Origin: Camelus ferus
Taxonomy: Eukaryota
Direction of reading: 5' to 3'
Length of the DNA stretch: 64,000 bases
Assembly: GCF_009834535.1 (NCBI RefSeq)
Contig: NC_045696.1
Span: 93,312,001-93,376,000 of the forward strand
The position numbers and the translations under genes were made by a program. The notes under the pieces are model-generated. The model made no database searches and had not been told where the DNA came from. It was given only the letters and a program-made list of their open reading frames with translations. Of this stretch, positions 12,081 through 26,084 are shown piece after piece; within the stretch, counting starts at the first letter, position 1, and each line of letters begins with the position of its first letter.

Positions 12081-15000
12081 GTCTAAACGGCACTGCTGCT
12101 TTATTCCAGTTAACAGGGCAGAGGGCACATTCCTATTTACTGTGGAGCTGTATTTAGTTTATGCCCATTGTTTGGAATCATCTTCACTGAAACAACAACA
12201 AAAGAAGCAGTGAACCCTATCAAAGCAGTTTTACTCAGCGTGGGTGGCTCTCTGAAGGGCTTTGTCTGTTTACACTGTAAAAAAGTGTGACACAAAGGCC
12301 AGATGATAGGAATAATTTTCACCTACAGGAATTTGCTTTATTATTCATATTAAGGGCTTTTTTTAATTGTTGTAGAAGCAAACTCAGCTAAACCCACCTT
12401 ACTTATACCCTCTGCTTTCCTTCCTTACAAAGGGATGATTGTGAACCTTTGAAACAATTACTTAAATATATGTGTGTAGGTAGAGGATTTGCAAATCAAA
12501 TCACATGGTTCAGCTAAATATAGCCTTTGTCAGGAGAAGTAATTTGTGAGCAAATAAAAAGTAAGAACTAGAATCCACTGTGGACCATAACATGGAAATA
12601 ATGTCTACTGTTCTTTGAGAATTTTCAGACTGTGATCATTGTACATGAATCCGGACTGACTCAGTGATGTATAATTCTTGAAAGATATCATTACTACAGA
12701 GAACAAATGGAGACATCATTCTACTTTATAATGTGGTTCTTAAAAATGTAAAGACAATGTAAACTAATCAGGCTTGAATGACTTTGGAGTACAACCTAGA
12801 AACAAGAGAGTTTAGTATTTTGTGAGTGACTCAACCACATTACTTATGAATGAAAAGGGACTGGCATTGTCTTTCTGGTCAAGGATAACACTACTTAAAT
12901 TATGTTACTATCTGTGTGGATGAGTGTGCATGAAATATTCAATCTGCATTCCACTTCCTCTTTTACTTAGCATTTCAGGGCAGTAGTAAATCCGGTTTTG
13001 TAAATCAAGCTACTCTTTGCAATTATGCTTTTTCCTTCAGAATCCCAGTATCTTGTCTGAAGCTGAATCTGTTGTTCAACATTTTGAATTCAATTCAAAT
13101 ATTATTTTTCCTCAATTTTATGTGCATATCTATATGCACTTTCACATGTGTCAATTAATAATTTTTGGAATTTCGCTGTCTCTCCATGTAGATATTTGTG
13201 TTTAATTTGGCTTTTATTGGGCATTTTGATGATATCACATATACAAAATGTTGGCAGAGAGATACATAATCAAAACTCTGACATTTTCTTGTTTGAAAAC
13301 AAATGTGTTCAGCTTGGACAGTACAGAGTGCCCTCAGCCACATGTCATACAGGATATCCTGGCTGGGTGAGTTCACACATACTTGTGTAGCTCCCATTAA
13401 TAACATTAACTGTGCAGCCAGTAATTGCAGCAGATCAATAAATACAGTATGAACTTTTAAATTCAAATATATATGGTGTGCTTCCTGCCTAAATACAGTA
13501 TTCTAAAACTTTGTATTACTCCATTAGGAACTATTTATTGAGCCCCCACTATGAAAAATTTGCAGTCCTATTGACTATCCTTTTGAGGTTTCAGATCATG
13601 AGTTTAAAATGAAACAAGTCAATATAGCTTGCTTTATCTTCTTTCCCCCTGTCCTGAAACCACCTTCTATCCATAGTTATTTATGTATCACTTTAAAAGA
13701 AATCAAGAAGGGACTGGGAAAGTATTTATCCCATGAGAAAAATAAAGCAAAGTAAAACAAATAAACTTAAAAGCAGAAAAAAACGAAAAGCCCTTTTAAA
13801 TTGTTTATTTTGTTCTTCATAGAACACAGTATGCATATCATTTATTCTTACCCACCATGAGCATTAATTAATAGGAACTTTGGTATTTAATCAGCAGCAG
13901 GCTTTGTTCTCTTTGGGTAACTTGGGGAACATTACTATATGCCTTGTGAAATTAATGACATTCTCCCTTTTTACAAAAAGTACAGACAAAGCTACAATAT
14001 AGCTTTTGTTTCTTGATATTCCAGCAATGAGAACTCGATCAACTAACTGATACATACACTTACCAATAGCACAATGATAGTGGAGACATTTAAAAGCAAT
14101 TGTGGAGATTTGAGATATATTACAGGGCTTCTAGAATCAGAGAAAGTATAAGGTACTTTAAAGTGGGTTAGTCCTCACTTTGTCACATATACATATGGAA
14201 AATGCTTATTAATTCTTAGATTAACCAGTACATCCAGTTTCCACATAATACCATATAGAAAAGAGTTTATAGCACTTTGCAGTTGCTTTCAAAGGAGACA
14301 CAGAGAATCATACTGGGATGGGAGAAGCTCAGACATGGTGAGACAGTTTCTCCTGGCTGAAAAGAGAAAGGACATCGAACTTATAAATTAGCACATTATG
14401 CCTTTGTACCATGTCATCAGATTCCAGTAGATGTGTATCTGTGTTACTTCCTCACAGGCTCATTCCTCACTGCTGGCAAATTTATTATACATATTACCTA
14501 GAGTTATAAAGAAAAGCACTTTTTTTTCATTATTATGCTTAAGGGATGAAATTCCCTTTTTTCACCTTGAGCCACTTCCCAGTGAGCAAATCCAAGTGAG
14601 CAATATAAGTTACTCCACGGGGAGATTTGAGCACTATTCAGATTTGAGGAGTAAGATTAAAGTTGAGAAATAGGTGTACATTTCACTTTTTGATTCAAAA
14701 TAAGCCTTTTCAGTTGCCTTCCTTGAAAATCCAAAACACAACCCTACTATTGCCATCAATGTAACTTTTTTTTTTTACACATTCCATCAAAATTTCTGTA
14801 TTCTCACCTCAACTCTAGAAGACCCAGTCAACTTTAAGTTTAGAATTGTAAGAAAAATTGAAGTAAATATAGTATGTATTCTGGTTACATATTCTGGAGC
14901 TTTGTTTTTAAGACTGGCTATTCATTGGATAGATAGGGAGGATGTATTCATTGCATAGCTGGAATGGGCCCTGGGACAACAAACTGGTGCCAGACGTAGA

Positions 15001-15499
15001 GCTAAGTTAGAGTCTGGCATTTTAAGGGTGTGGCTAGCTTATCAGTGATTGGAGCCCCACTCTGTTCCAGGGTTTTCCACTGGGAGGTTAGAGTTCACAG
15101 GAAATGTTGTGAATACTTGGTTGTCAGGTCTTTTGGACAGTCTTTCTATGGGTGCATGGGATGATCATGCAAGGAAAAATGGGACAGTAGCTCCCCTGTC
15201 ACTGTGGGTGAGAGTGGAGGCTGACACCAGGATTCTAGGTCAGAAGAATTTAAGAATAAAATCTAAAGCAGAAGACAAGGTGTAGGGACTGCTCAAAATG
15301 GGTAGTGAGGATACTGTAACTCTGGGGCCACATGGATGTCAAAGGTTATCAGTCCTTATCTGGTTTAAGGAAACACAAGGAGCAAAGCAGGAGCGGGGAA
15401 AGTTGCTAGATTATTATATAGCTGTCATACCAAATCACAAAGATTGTAAGAGTGGAAACAAACAAACCCCCTTCTAAGTTTTATCAGTGCATTCATTGC

Positions 15500-15720
15500 T
15501 ATAGTTTACTTTTATAAAATGATACTACCATATACCAAGGACCTACTATGGCACAGAAACTTCAAATAACATGACTCCCCTAAATCTTATCTGTATTACT
15601 TCATTTTATAGAAGAAACTGAGGTTCATAGAAGTTAAATGAATTGCCAAAGGCAACACATTAAATTGTGGAGTGAGGATGCAGGGTCATGGCAAATGGCT
15701 GTGATCTTTCCTGCCATGCC
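15500..15720 (-). mobile_element. MIR SINE
   Basis: 'cattttatagaagaaactgaggttcatagaagttaaatgaattgccaaaggcaacaca'. Confidence 0.8.
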
Positions 15721-17119
15721 ATGTGTACTCTTTTGTTTGGTCGTTTTTGGTGGTCTAATTTTTCATGCATCCAGGATGTCTATTCAGCTAGTTCGTTTAA
15801 TTTGTAAGTTACTCTTCTACTGTTTTGATATTCTGTGGATTTCAATGACAACTAGGACGTCCTTGAGGCAAAGTGTCCTCTTAAGTGTTCAGCCTCATGG
15901 AAACCAGCATCCAACTCATGTGGCTGAGACCCAGAGGTTGACTCTGCCACACTTTAGAACAGTTGACAAATTGCTCACAGCTGTCTGGGGTTAAAGAACT
16001 CATTTCTGAGCACTGACACTTTCTCATGCTCTTTTTAAAGAGACAAGTGTACTTCCTTTTCTTCTGCACTTCTAATGATTCCTCTACTTTGAAAATGGCC
16101 CCTGCTCTCGCTGTTTTGTCTCACTAATATCTCCACTCTTGCATTCTTCTAAGAATGCATTCTAAGCTGTAGACTTAATGTCTATTTTTAACTGTGACAG
16201 AATATCTTCTCATTCCCTCTAAACCTTTTCAGATGACACAAAAGAAGAGATATCATTACATCTCTGTTGAAACAAGATGCTTGGTCACTCAGAAATGCTT
16301 CTCTATTATTGCATTTAATTGGAATGGGCAGCCTATTAGCACTAATGGTGAGAGACAGTGACCTCTGCATTCAGTATGAAAATATACTGTGAACTGCCTG
16401 ATTAGATGACTTATCTAATGACTGAGGTTTAATGATGTCAGCAGTTTTCAGAGCATTGATGTCAGGAATCAAAAAGAAAACTAACTTACATATGGAAGTA
16501 CACTTAGTAAATAGATAAAAGAAGACTTTTGAGGGTTGTCAGCGCTATTGAACAAATATACAAGAACTTAATTTTATTCTTACCCAATTGCTTGCCCCAA
16601 ACTTGAAACATCATCACTGATTAAATATCAGTTTACTAAAATAGTATTTAATAGCTTACTAAATAAAAATCCCTTTTTGTGGCATTATTTTTTTAATTCC
16701 TCAAAACTACTGCTGCCACAGGTGCTCCAATTACTTTTTTCTAGAGTTGGTTATTATAAAGTATCTTGTTTTTAATTTCCTCATGCTGCATAAAGGCCAC
16801 TAAACTACAACAATTTATAATTTATCTGGCCTACAACTGAGTACTGTTTAAGGAACTAATTGTCAAAAAGCCACATGACAATAATTGGACTATTCCTTTG
16901 TGAGTTTCCAAAATATTCAACAGCTTGTTTTAAATAAGTGCTAAAAAAAAATACATTGTTTGGATCACGTCAAGCATTTCCATCCCTTTTTTTTTTCTCT
17001 AATAAGCTTTTAAGAGGTCAAGGATCCTGCAAAGATAAAGTTTAAAACATTTACTGTCCTAGTGTTATACATAGTTCTAGGCAAAATAACCTAACTTGCA
17101 TTTGTGAAGAGGTCACCCT

Positions 17120-17437
17120 GGCACTGCACATTGAAAATAAAATGCCAACCAATTACAAGATTAAAATATTTTAGTAGTCCCATTAGAGAAGGGGAAAAGA
17201 AACATATGAAAGTAATTTTAATAATATTTTATTAATCTAGTATGTCAAAAACATTATCATTTCAATATGGAATCAGTATTAAAATTTCATTAATAAAATG
17301 TTTTTTATTTGTACTAAATTTTTGAAGTTTGGTGAATATTTTACACTTACATCACTTCACAATATGGAATGGCCATATTTCAATACAAAACACTAATATC
17401 CATATATTGCTAGTCACTACTATGTTGGACATCTCAG
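17120..17437. mobile_element. hAT-Charlie MITE (MER33-like)
   Basis: 'ttttagtagtcccatt...aaaacattatcatttcaatatggaatcagtat...ttttacacttacatcacttcac...ctactatgttggacatctcag'. Confidence 0.75.
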
Positions 17438-18495
17438 AGTTGTGCTAATAGTGGAGGGAAGCTGTTAAAAGGAAGCAAAGAACAGGGAAGATGTGGCCAA
17501 GATGGCAGAGTAGTAAGACCCTGAGCTCAGCTTCTGCCGCTGACACACCAAAATTACAACTGTTTACAGAGAAACTATCTATGAGAATGGTCTGAACACT
17601 AGCGGAAAAGATTTTCCACAACTAAAGATACAAAGAAGGAACCACAGCAAGATGGATAGGAGGGGTGAAGATGTGGTATAGTCAAGACCCATACTGTCCG
17701 GTAGGCAGAGGTTTTCCCCAAGAATCAGGGGTCTTAGCGCTACATGAAGCTACCCAGTCTAAGTACTGCACTGGGAAGATGAGCCCTCAGAACGTGTGGC
17801 TTTGAAGGTCAGATGGCCTGCATACAGGAGAGCTGGAAGGCTGTATGAAACAGAGACTTTCTTAAAGGACACATGCAAAACATCACATATTCTGGGTCCC
17901 AGCAGAGAGGCAGCAATTTGAAAGAATTTCAGGTTAGACCCATTTGCTAATCTTGGAGAGACTCCTGGAGAGGAAGGAGGCAAGTGGGACTCCCCTTGGG
18001 GATACAGATGCTGGTGGCAGCCATCTGGGGGAGCTTGTTCTACCATAAAGACATTAGGGTTGACAAGTGCCATTTTGGAATCTTCCCTGTAGCCTATTAG
18101 TGCTGGGGCTTACCCACCCACCGGCGGGTCAGCACCAGTCTCAGCATCCCCTGGACCTTGCATCCAGCTTCTCAGGGGCATGGCCCTTCTCATCAGCAGG
18201 TTGGTACCAGCCCCAGATCCCCAAGCTTCACCAACCAGTGGGCCAGCAGGCACTGCACAAGGCAGGGACTGGCAGCCAATGGGGTTGGGGACCAGTCCTA
18301 CCTACCAGTGTGTTCATAGTAGAAGGGCCCATGCAGCCCACATACAGGGCACCCTAGAGCGTATAGGTCTAGTGACCAGAGGGGAGTGTAGTGCTGGGTC
18401 CCATAGAATGTCTCCTACATAAGGCCACTTCTCTAAGATCAGGCAATGTATCTGACCTTCATAATACATAGAAATAAACACAGAGAATTAGGTAA

Positions 18496-19335
18496 GTGAG
18501 GAAACATAAGAATATGTTCCAAATGAAGGGAAAAGGCAAATCTTCAGAAAAAGAACTAAACAAAGTAGAGATAAGCAATCTATTAGATAAAGAGTTCAAG
18601 GTAATGATCATAAAGATGTTCAACAAACTTGGGAGAAGAACTGATAAACACAGTGAGAATTTTAACAAAAAGTTAAAAAATTTAAAGAAGAACTACACAG
18701 AGCTGAAGAATACAATAACTGAAATAAAAAATACATTAAAAGAAATCAACAGTAGATTAGATGGTACAGAGGAATGGGTCAGCAAAATGGAATAGAGAGT
18801 AGTAGAAATCACTAAGCTGAACAGAGGGGTAAAAACTGAAAATAAAAGACCTCTGGTACAGCATCAGGTATACTAACATTCTCATTATAGGGATCCCAGA
18901 AGGAGAAGAGAGAGAGAAAGGGGCAGAGAACTCATTTGAAGAAATAATAGCTAAAAACTTCTCTAACTTGGAAAAGGAGGCAGGCCTAGGAAGCACAGAG
19001 TCCCAAACAAGAGAAACTCAAAGAGGTCTACACCAATTAAAATGGCAAAAATAAAAGATAAAAGAGAACCTTAAAAGCAGCAAGATAAAAACAACTAGTT
19101 ATGTACAAGGGAACTCCTGTAAAATTATCAGCTGACTTTTCACAAAACCTCTTCAGGCCAGAAGAGAGTGGTGCAACATGTTCAAAGTGATAAAAGAAAA
19201 GAGAGAGAGAGAAAAAAAAAAACCTACTTAGAAAGGCTATCATTTAGATTTGAGGGTGAGAGAGTTTTAAGCAAACCTAAAAGATTTCAATGCCACTAAA
19301 CTGGTTTTACAAGAAATGTTCAAGGGTCTTCTTTA
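18496..19335 (+). pseudogene. L1 ORF1p remnant with stops and frameshifts
   Basis: ORF 18496..18795 reads 'EISNLLDKEFKVMIIKMFNKLGRR...ELKNTITEIKNTLKEINSRLD', typical of the ORF1p coiled coil. It is followed by 'ataggatcccagaaggagaagagagagagaag'-type text (IGIPEGEER). Confidence 0.9.
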
Positions 19336-19679
19336 AACAGAAAAGACTACAAATAAAAATACGATAATTACAAAAGGAAAAATCTCATTGGTAAAGGCAA
19401 ACATACAGTAAACGTAGTAGATCAAACACAAAGCTATGAGGAAGGTTAAAAGACAAGAGTAGTAAAATCAGTTACATCTACAATTAGCAGTTAAACAAAA
19501 AGATGTAAAATGTGACATCAAAAACATTAAACATGGAAGGGGAAGTAAAAAATCAAAAAGTGGTTAGAGTACATTTGAATTTAAGAAATCACCAACTTAA
19601 AATTTTATATATTATATTATACATATATATACACATATGTACTATAATATATACATAATATATATTAAATAATTCACAA

Positions 19680-21175
19680 CTAGACCAAAAAGAATGAAAT
19701 ACTTAGGAATAAATCTAACCAAGGAGGTAGAAGACCTGTACTCAGAAAACTATAAGAAGTTAATGAGATAAATTGAAAATGATACAAATGGACAGACACA
19801 CCGTGCAAATGGATTGGAAGAATTAATATTGTTAAAATGACCATACTACCCAAGATAATCTCCAGATTCAATGCAATCCATATCAAAATACCAAAGGCAT
19901 TTTTCACAGAACTAGAATAAATAATTCTAAAATTTGTATGGAAACACATCAGACCCTGAAGAGCCAAAGTAATCTTGAGAAAGAAGAGCAAAACTGGAGG
20001 TATCATGCTCCCTGGTTTCAAACTATACTACAAAGCTATGGTAAACAAGACAGTACAGTACCGGCACAAAATAAGACACCAAGATCAATTCAACAGAATA
20101 GAGTGTCCATGAATAAACCCACACTTGTGTGGTCAATTAACCTATGACAAAGGAGGCAAGAATATACAATGGGGAAAAGATGGGCTTTTCAATAAGTCAT
20201 GTTGGGAAAACTGGACAGCTACACGCAAAAGATTCAAACTGGACTACTTTCTCACATCACATACAAAAATAAACTCAAAATGGATTATAGATGCATTTAT
20301 CTTAAATTTTATACCTTAAACTATAAAACTTCTAGAAAAAAACCTTAGGGGATATGCTCTTTGACAGTGGTCTTAGCAATATTTTGTTGGATCTGTCTTC
20401 TCACACAAGGGAAACAAAAGCAAAAATAAACAAATGGGACTCCATCAAACTAAATCTTTGGACAGTGAAGGAAACTGTGAGCAAAATAAAAATGTAGCTT
20501 CTTGAATGGGAAAATATATTTACAAACAGTATATCTGATAAGGTATTACTATCCAAACTATACAAAGAACTCATACAACTCAACATCAAAAAAAACAAGC
20601 TACTCAATTTAAAAAATGGGCAGAGTAACTTTTTTTCCAAAGAAGACAGACAGATGGCCACAAACACATAAAAAGATGCTGAATACCCCTAATCATCAGG
20701 GAAGTGCAATCAAAATCACCATGAGATCCCTACCTCACACCTGTCAGAATGGCTATCATGAAAAGGCAGTAAATAAGAACTGTTGGCTAGGATGTGGAGA
20801 AAAAGGAATTCTGGTGCACTGCTGGTGGGATTGTAGTTTGATGTAGTCACTATAAAAACAGTATGGAGATTCCTCAAAAAATTGAAAATAGAACTGCCAT
20901 ATGATCTAGCAATTTTACTTCTGGGTATTTACCCAAAGAAAACAAAAATGCTAATTTGGAAAGATACATGCCCTCCAATGTTCACTGTGCCATTATGTAC
21001 AATAGCCAAGATATGAAAGAAACCTCAGCGTTCACTGATACACAAATGAATAAAGGAGATAAGGTATATATACAATGGAATACTACTCCGCTATAAAAAA
21101 ATGAAATCTTGTCATTTGGGATAACATGGTTGGATCTAGAGGGTATTATGTTAAGTGAAATAAGTTTGACAGACA
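19680..21175 (+). pseudogene. L1 ORF2p remnant: end of RT plus C-terminal domain
   Basis: Motifs [44 protein letters not shown] and HCWWDC, spread across several frames. Confidence 0.92.
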
Positions 21176-21609
21176 GGTAAATACCACATGATCTCACTTA
21201 AATATGGAGTCTAACAAACAAAATAAACAAAATAAAACAAAACCAGACACAGACGCAGTGAACAAATAGGTGATTGCCAGAAGGGAGGAGGATGTTGGGT
21301 AGGCAAAATAAGTGAAGGGATTAAGAGGTGTAAACTTTCTGCTTTATAATAAAAAAAAGTCACATAATATAAGCATAATGAATATGGTCAATTATATTGT
21401 AATAACTTTGTACAGGGACAGATGGTTATTAGACTTATCCTGGTGATCATTTCATATGTGAACGTCAAACCCATATGCAGTACACCTGAAATTAACAATA
21501 TCATTGTATGTCATCTACATTTCAATTTTAAAAGGGCAAAAAAGGACATGAGAACAGCTATTCAAAGCTCATCTTACATTAAACAACAGTTCTAATACAT
21601 GTAGTTCTG

Positions 21610-21830
21610 TTTATTCTATTCTATAAATATTTCTCAAACAAGTCCTAAATTCAAGACAATATTCTGGGGCTATGAAGACTAAATATATGAAGAAAACAAA
21701 ACCAGTTCCTGTCCTTAAGAAAACTGCTATCCAGTAATATGCAGAATTTCTATAAACTCTACTAACATTTACAATGCAATGAACATGTGTCAGGAACAGT
21801 GATGAGCAATTTAAATTGAATTCTTCCTTC
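21610..21830 (-). mobile_element. L2 3' end fragment
   Basis: 'ttattctattctataaatatttct...attctggggctatgaagactaaatatatgaagaaaacaaaaccagttcctgtccttaagaaaactgctatccag'. Confidence 0.65.
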
Positions 21831-22571
21831 ATTGTGAAGCACATCATTGAGGGTATTAGCTTGTAAAATTCTGTACAAGCAAAACTAAAAGAAAAATATT
21901 TCTGAGCAATATGTGTGCCCATGGGTATGGTAGGAATGATGACAGGTTTTAAACGCACTTTATCAATACCTAAAAGTTTGAGTTAAAATATTATCAGTTT
22001 TTCAACTACACTTATTTCATATTTTTATGAATTTATTTCATAAATTTAATTCATAATTTTTATTTATAAGTTCATTAATGCATTTATTAGGAAATTGTAA
22101 TCAAGCAGCAGTGACATAGCTTTTATAGGTGCTGAACTAAAAGTACTGAATAAATGAAAGATTGCTTTCTGGAAAACACTGTGTTAATTACTATCAGGAA
22201 TAAAATAATTGGATGCAGAGCCCACTCTCAAGACACTTCCACTTTAATTTTTAAAAAAGGAATATGTAAACAATGAATTATTTTAAGGAAGGAGGTGATA
22301 GGTGTTATGAGAGAGATGGTAAGGTGCTGTACAAGTTCATTAGAAGGAAAGAAAGCGGATAAGAAATCAGTGCCACACTCTGAATTTCCAGAGTATCTTG
22401 ATTTTTTTATCTGAAAAGGTGCAAAGAATAAATATATTATCTGGAACCTCTTCACACAGCTATCATCTTTTCCATCTTCCCTGGATGAGCCTTTTCTTTC
22501 CAAGAAGGTGTCTAAATATAGGGGGAGGGAAGGGACCTATATGTCCCCATGGTATTGGGGAAAAGCAGGAC

Positions 22572-22964
22572 TGTTGTGGACTGAATTGTGTAAACTCCCT
22601 GAATTCATATATTGAAGCCTTAACCTCCAGTATGGTTGTATTTGGAAATAGGGCCTTAAGGAGGTAATTAAGGTTAACTGAGGCTGTAAGTGTGGCCCTA
22701 CTCCTGTAGGACTGGTGTCATAAGAAAATGAAGAGATATCACAGAGAACTGTCTCTTTCTCTGCAGGAGGAGAGGAAAGACCATGTGAGGTCACAGCAAG
22801 AAGGCAGCCATCTTCAAGCCAGGAAGACAGCCCTCACCAGAAAACAACCCCAATGGTACCTTAATCTTGGACTTCAGTCTCCGGAACTGTGAGAAAATAA
22901 AACTTCTGTTGTTGATGTCGCTAGTCTGTGCTATATTTTTATGGCAGCCCTAGACAATTAATAC
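22572..22964 (+). mobile_element. MaLR solo LTR (MLT1A0-like)
   Basis: Termini 'tgttgtggactgaattgtgt' and 'tatggcagccctagacaattaataca'. Internal 'accatgtgaggtcacagcaagaaggcagccatcttcaagccaggaag'. Confidence 0.95.
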
Positions 22965-23429
22965 AAGGTTCCATCGCGCTAGGTGCTAATATTGATTGGC
23001 TGTAACAGTTCACGTGGGGTTATTTTTCTGGAGTGTTGGTAGGGTTTGGTGAGGGCAACTGTCTTTGATTCCTGGAAACACTGATGCATAGAGTCTAACA
23101 CCAATTTTATTTAGAGTTTTTTCTCTGTAGATTTTCTTTCGACAGCAACAAGGGATTGAATTTTCAAAACTGTTATCTCAAGAAGGAGAAGAAAAAATGG
23201 AGAGTACAAGCTTGTGGAAGAAAGAGGTGAGATGAAAGACAGGGAAAGCTAGAAAAATCTTGATTCCTGGTATACAGTGACTTAGACAAGCAACGCGTGA
23301 TAGCACAGATGTATTTCTACTATCTGTAGTAGACGGGCTAAATGCTAAATGATTGGAGAGCTAGCATCTTGGCACATACTGTGCCAACTCAAACTACCCT
23401 TAATGGAAAACATTTGTATGTACTAATCT

Positions 23430-23660
23430 GTTTAATAGTGACATTTATTAAGTTTTTACTATACGCCAGAACTTGAGCCAAAGATTTTACATATTTCTGT
23501 TTATTAAATCCTTACAAGAAGCTCATAAGAGAGTCACTATTAGCATTACATGTGGCAGATGAGGCTTAGAGACGTGTAGAATGTCACAGTATTCAGTGAC
23601 ATTCAGCTGGGTTTTAAATCCAGATCTGTCTGATCTGAAGCCTGAAGTCTTAGCCACGAC
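23430..23660 (-). mobile_element. MIR SINE
   Basis: 'aatagtgacatttattaagtttttactatacgccag...gttttaaatccagatctgtctgatctgaagcctgaagtcttagccac'. Confidence 0.8.
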
Positions 23661-25514
23661 AAGACACATTCTTTCAGAAACAAATGTAGAAATGAATATA
23701 CTTTTAATATAAGGCTTCTCCAAATAAGGTGGTAACATTTGCATCTTGTCCCATAAAGCTGAATCATTTAGATATGTTATTTGGATGATTGTGATTTTAG
23801 TGGTCAAGGCGGCTTTTTTCTGAAGTACATTCTAAAAGAATTATAATTAAAGAATTAATTGCAGTAGAAACATTTGGTAAGTTTTGGGGGCACAAAACAA
23901 AGGAAAATAAATTAACCTGGCAATAATAAATCTTTTCCCGGGGTCCTTTTTAGGTTTAGCTGTTTCATCAGATGACATATGGAACATTATTTTAAAACTC
24001 CAAGGCAAAGTGAAATAACTTATACACTTATCAAAAAAGTTTCGTGTTTAACTTATGTCTTTTTCAGAAATCAAGCACTCTTTCTAAATTTTCACTTTTA
24101 AAAATTGTCTTTAATGGCTGCTCCTAAAATTTTTATAGCATTCCTTTAAAATTGTTTTTCCTTTTTTTCTCAAAAGGATATGCAGTTACTACGCTTACAT
24201 GTACTTTATCTGAGTTTCGCTTGAGGATTTATCTCAGTCACTCTGCCAAGATTTATTTTTCACATCCTGATAGTCTTATCAACCTGAGAGAACACATGAC
24301 CTGTATCCTGATTATCAAGAAAGGAAACATCCAGGTTGGTTTCAGTCCTTTTACAATATGTTGTTAAAGGGAAGGAGGAAGCTAGTTATTAAAGACAGTT
24401 TGAAGGTAATGCTATAAATTCTTTAGAAATTCAGAGGCAGCTCATGAAACTAGAGAGTCTCCTACCCACAACACACTATATCGATGATTTTTGTATCCCA
24501 CAAGTCTCGCTGCTACAACCTAATCATACCAGTACCTAAAACCAGTGCTCAAACCTAATCATAACAGTATCAGAGTATACAAGTAAATTAGCAAGGGAAG
24601 TCATTACCCTCAACTCAGCCTAAACTACTGCTTCTGGGTTATAAATAAGTATTAAAACATTGACTATGGAAACAGACTAACAGAAACCTTAGCCTCATAA
24701 ATGGAGATAAAGTATAATTTCTTTCTTGACCAGAATTTTCCAAAAAGTGTTCCATGGAACAGAAGCATTTATCTCCTTTTCAGGCTCTCATAAACTGGGG
24801 GAAATACTGCATAGCTCACCTCTCCCTTGGAGATTTACAATTAGTGATTCTAAGAAGGCCTGCAGTTTGGAAACCACTTTAATGTCATTTAATCTAAGTT
24901 TTTTAAATTTCCTGGGGGAAACAGGACTTTTTGGAATCCTACTAACAATATTTCTAGAAAATACCCAGGGGAATACTATTTTAACCTTATCTTTCCCACT
25001 CTGTTTTAGGAATATTAGATCATAATGGTAAATTAATTTAACCAAATATGTTCCTTTTCAACTCAGGTAATTTGACCAAAAAGTGAACCCCTGGGAGTAG
25101 CTGTCAGAATTTGATATTCCAAAGAAGAACTTTGCTTAATTCCAAAACTACTACATTAGCAAAGAAATGTGTCCAAATAGTATTAAAAAACCACACACAC
25201 ACACACAGAAATAAAGTTAGGCACCTGGTCAGGGGCCAGATCACCCCAAGCCTTATAAATAATGTGACCATTCATCCTAAGCAGGATTACACCCATTGTT
25301 CCTGTGTAATTATTAGTAATGCTCTCTTTTACTCTCAAAAATGTCCTGGTATGCACAATAAATTACATGGTGACCCTATTTATAAACCAATCTAAAAATC
25401 TGATGAGTCTGTCATATGCACAGGATTCTGGTATTCTCTCTCTGGAGGTGCAGCAAGGCCAAGGCAAGAGTTAACCTAAAATGTTGGGGCCTCAAATGAA
25501 AATTTAGAGGAAAA

Positions 25515-25692
25515 TTACTGAATGCTGTCAGATTAATTCCACTGTCAAAACAATGAGTAGCTAAATGATAATTGAGAGAATGAGGCAGAAATTTAGATAA
25601 ATTAAGGAGTTTGTTAGTTAAAGGGCTAACAAATGGGAGGTGAGGGAAGGATTTGAAGCCAAGACTCTCTATGTTTGTCAATACACTTTAAA
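25515..25692 (-). mobile_element. MIR fragment
   Basis: 'gggaaggatttgaagccaagactctctatgtttgtcaatacactttaaaac'. Confidence 0.55.
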
Positions 25693-25968
25693 ACATGTCC
25701 ATATAAACACAAAATTTATGAATGGATGAGCTCTCATTTGTATTTATGAACTTGTATAAAAAAAAAAGTAAGTGATTTAATTTTTCTCTTCTGGTTCCCA
25801 AGATTCAGCATTTATTCAGATGGACTGGAGATGGGCATGATCCAGGCATGGTACAGTCTGTTCTTGGGAGTTCTGGATTCTGGGGTCCTGGTTACCAAAG
25901 GAGGTTCCTGAGATCATTCTTCACCAAAAGTGATGATCACCCATGTGTTAGGTTCCTTGAGCCTTTTA

Positions 25969-26084
25969 TTTATGTATGTATGTATGTATGTATGTATGTA
26001 TGTATGTATGTATGTATAGTCAGTTATGACATGTCAATTTCTGGTGTACAGGACAATATTTTAGTCATACATGTGCATACATAT
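25969..26084 (-). mobile_element. Very short L1 3' tail with (TATG)n tail microsatellite and 9-bp TSD
   Basis: 'gtatagtcagtt...tgtcaatttctggtgtacagga..aatattttagtcatacat'. TSD agcctttta at 25960-25968 and 26085-26093. Confidence 0.8.

Larger units (their letters stand above)
17485..21533 (+). mobile_element. 5'-complete, internally deleted L1: 5' UTR, ORF1, spacer, ORF2 C-terminal part, 3' UTR
   Basis: Starts 'gggaagatgtggccaagatggcagagtag', an L1 5' end with a YY1-type CAAGATGGC. ORF1 remnant lies at about 18496-19335. ORF2 begins abruptly at about 19690 (KRMKYLGINLTKEVEDLY). The 3' UTR ends at about 21530. Degenerate TSD 'ttaaaaggaagcaaagaa' / 'ttaaaagggcaaaaaa'. Confidence 0.95.
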
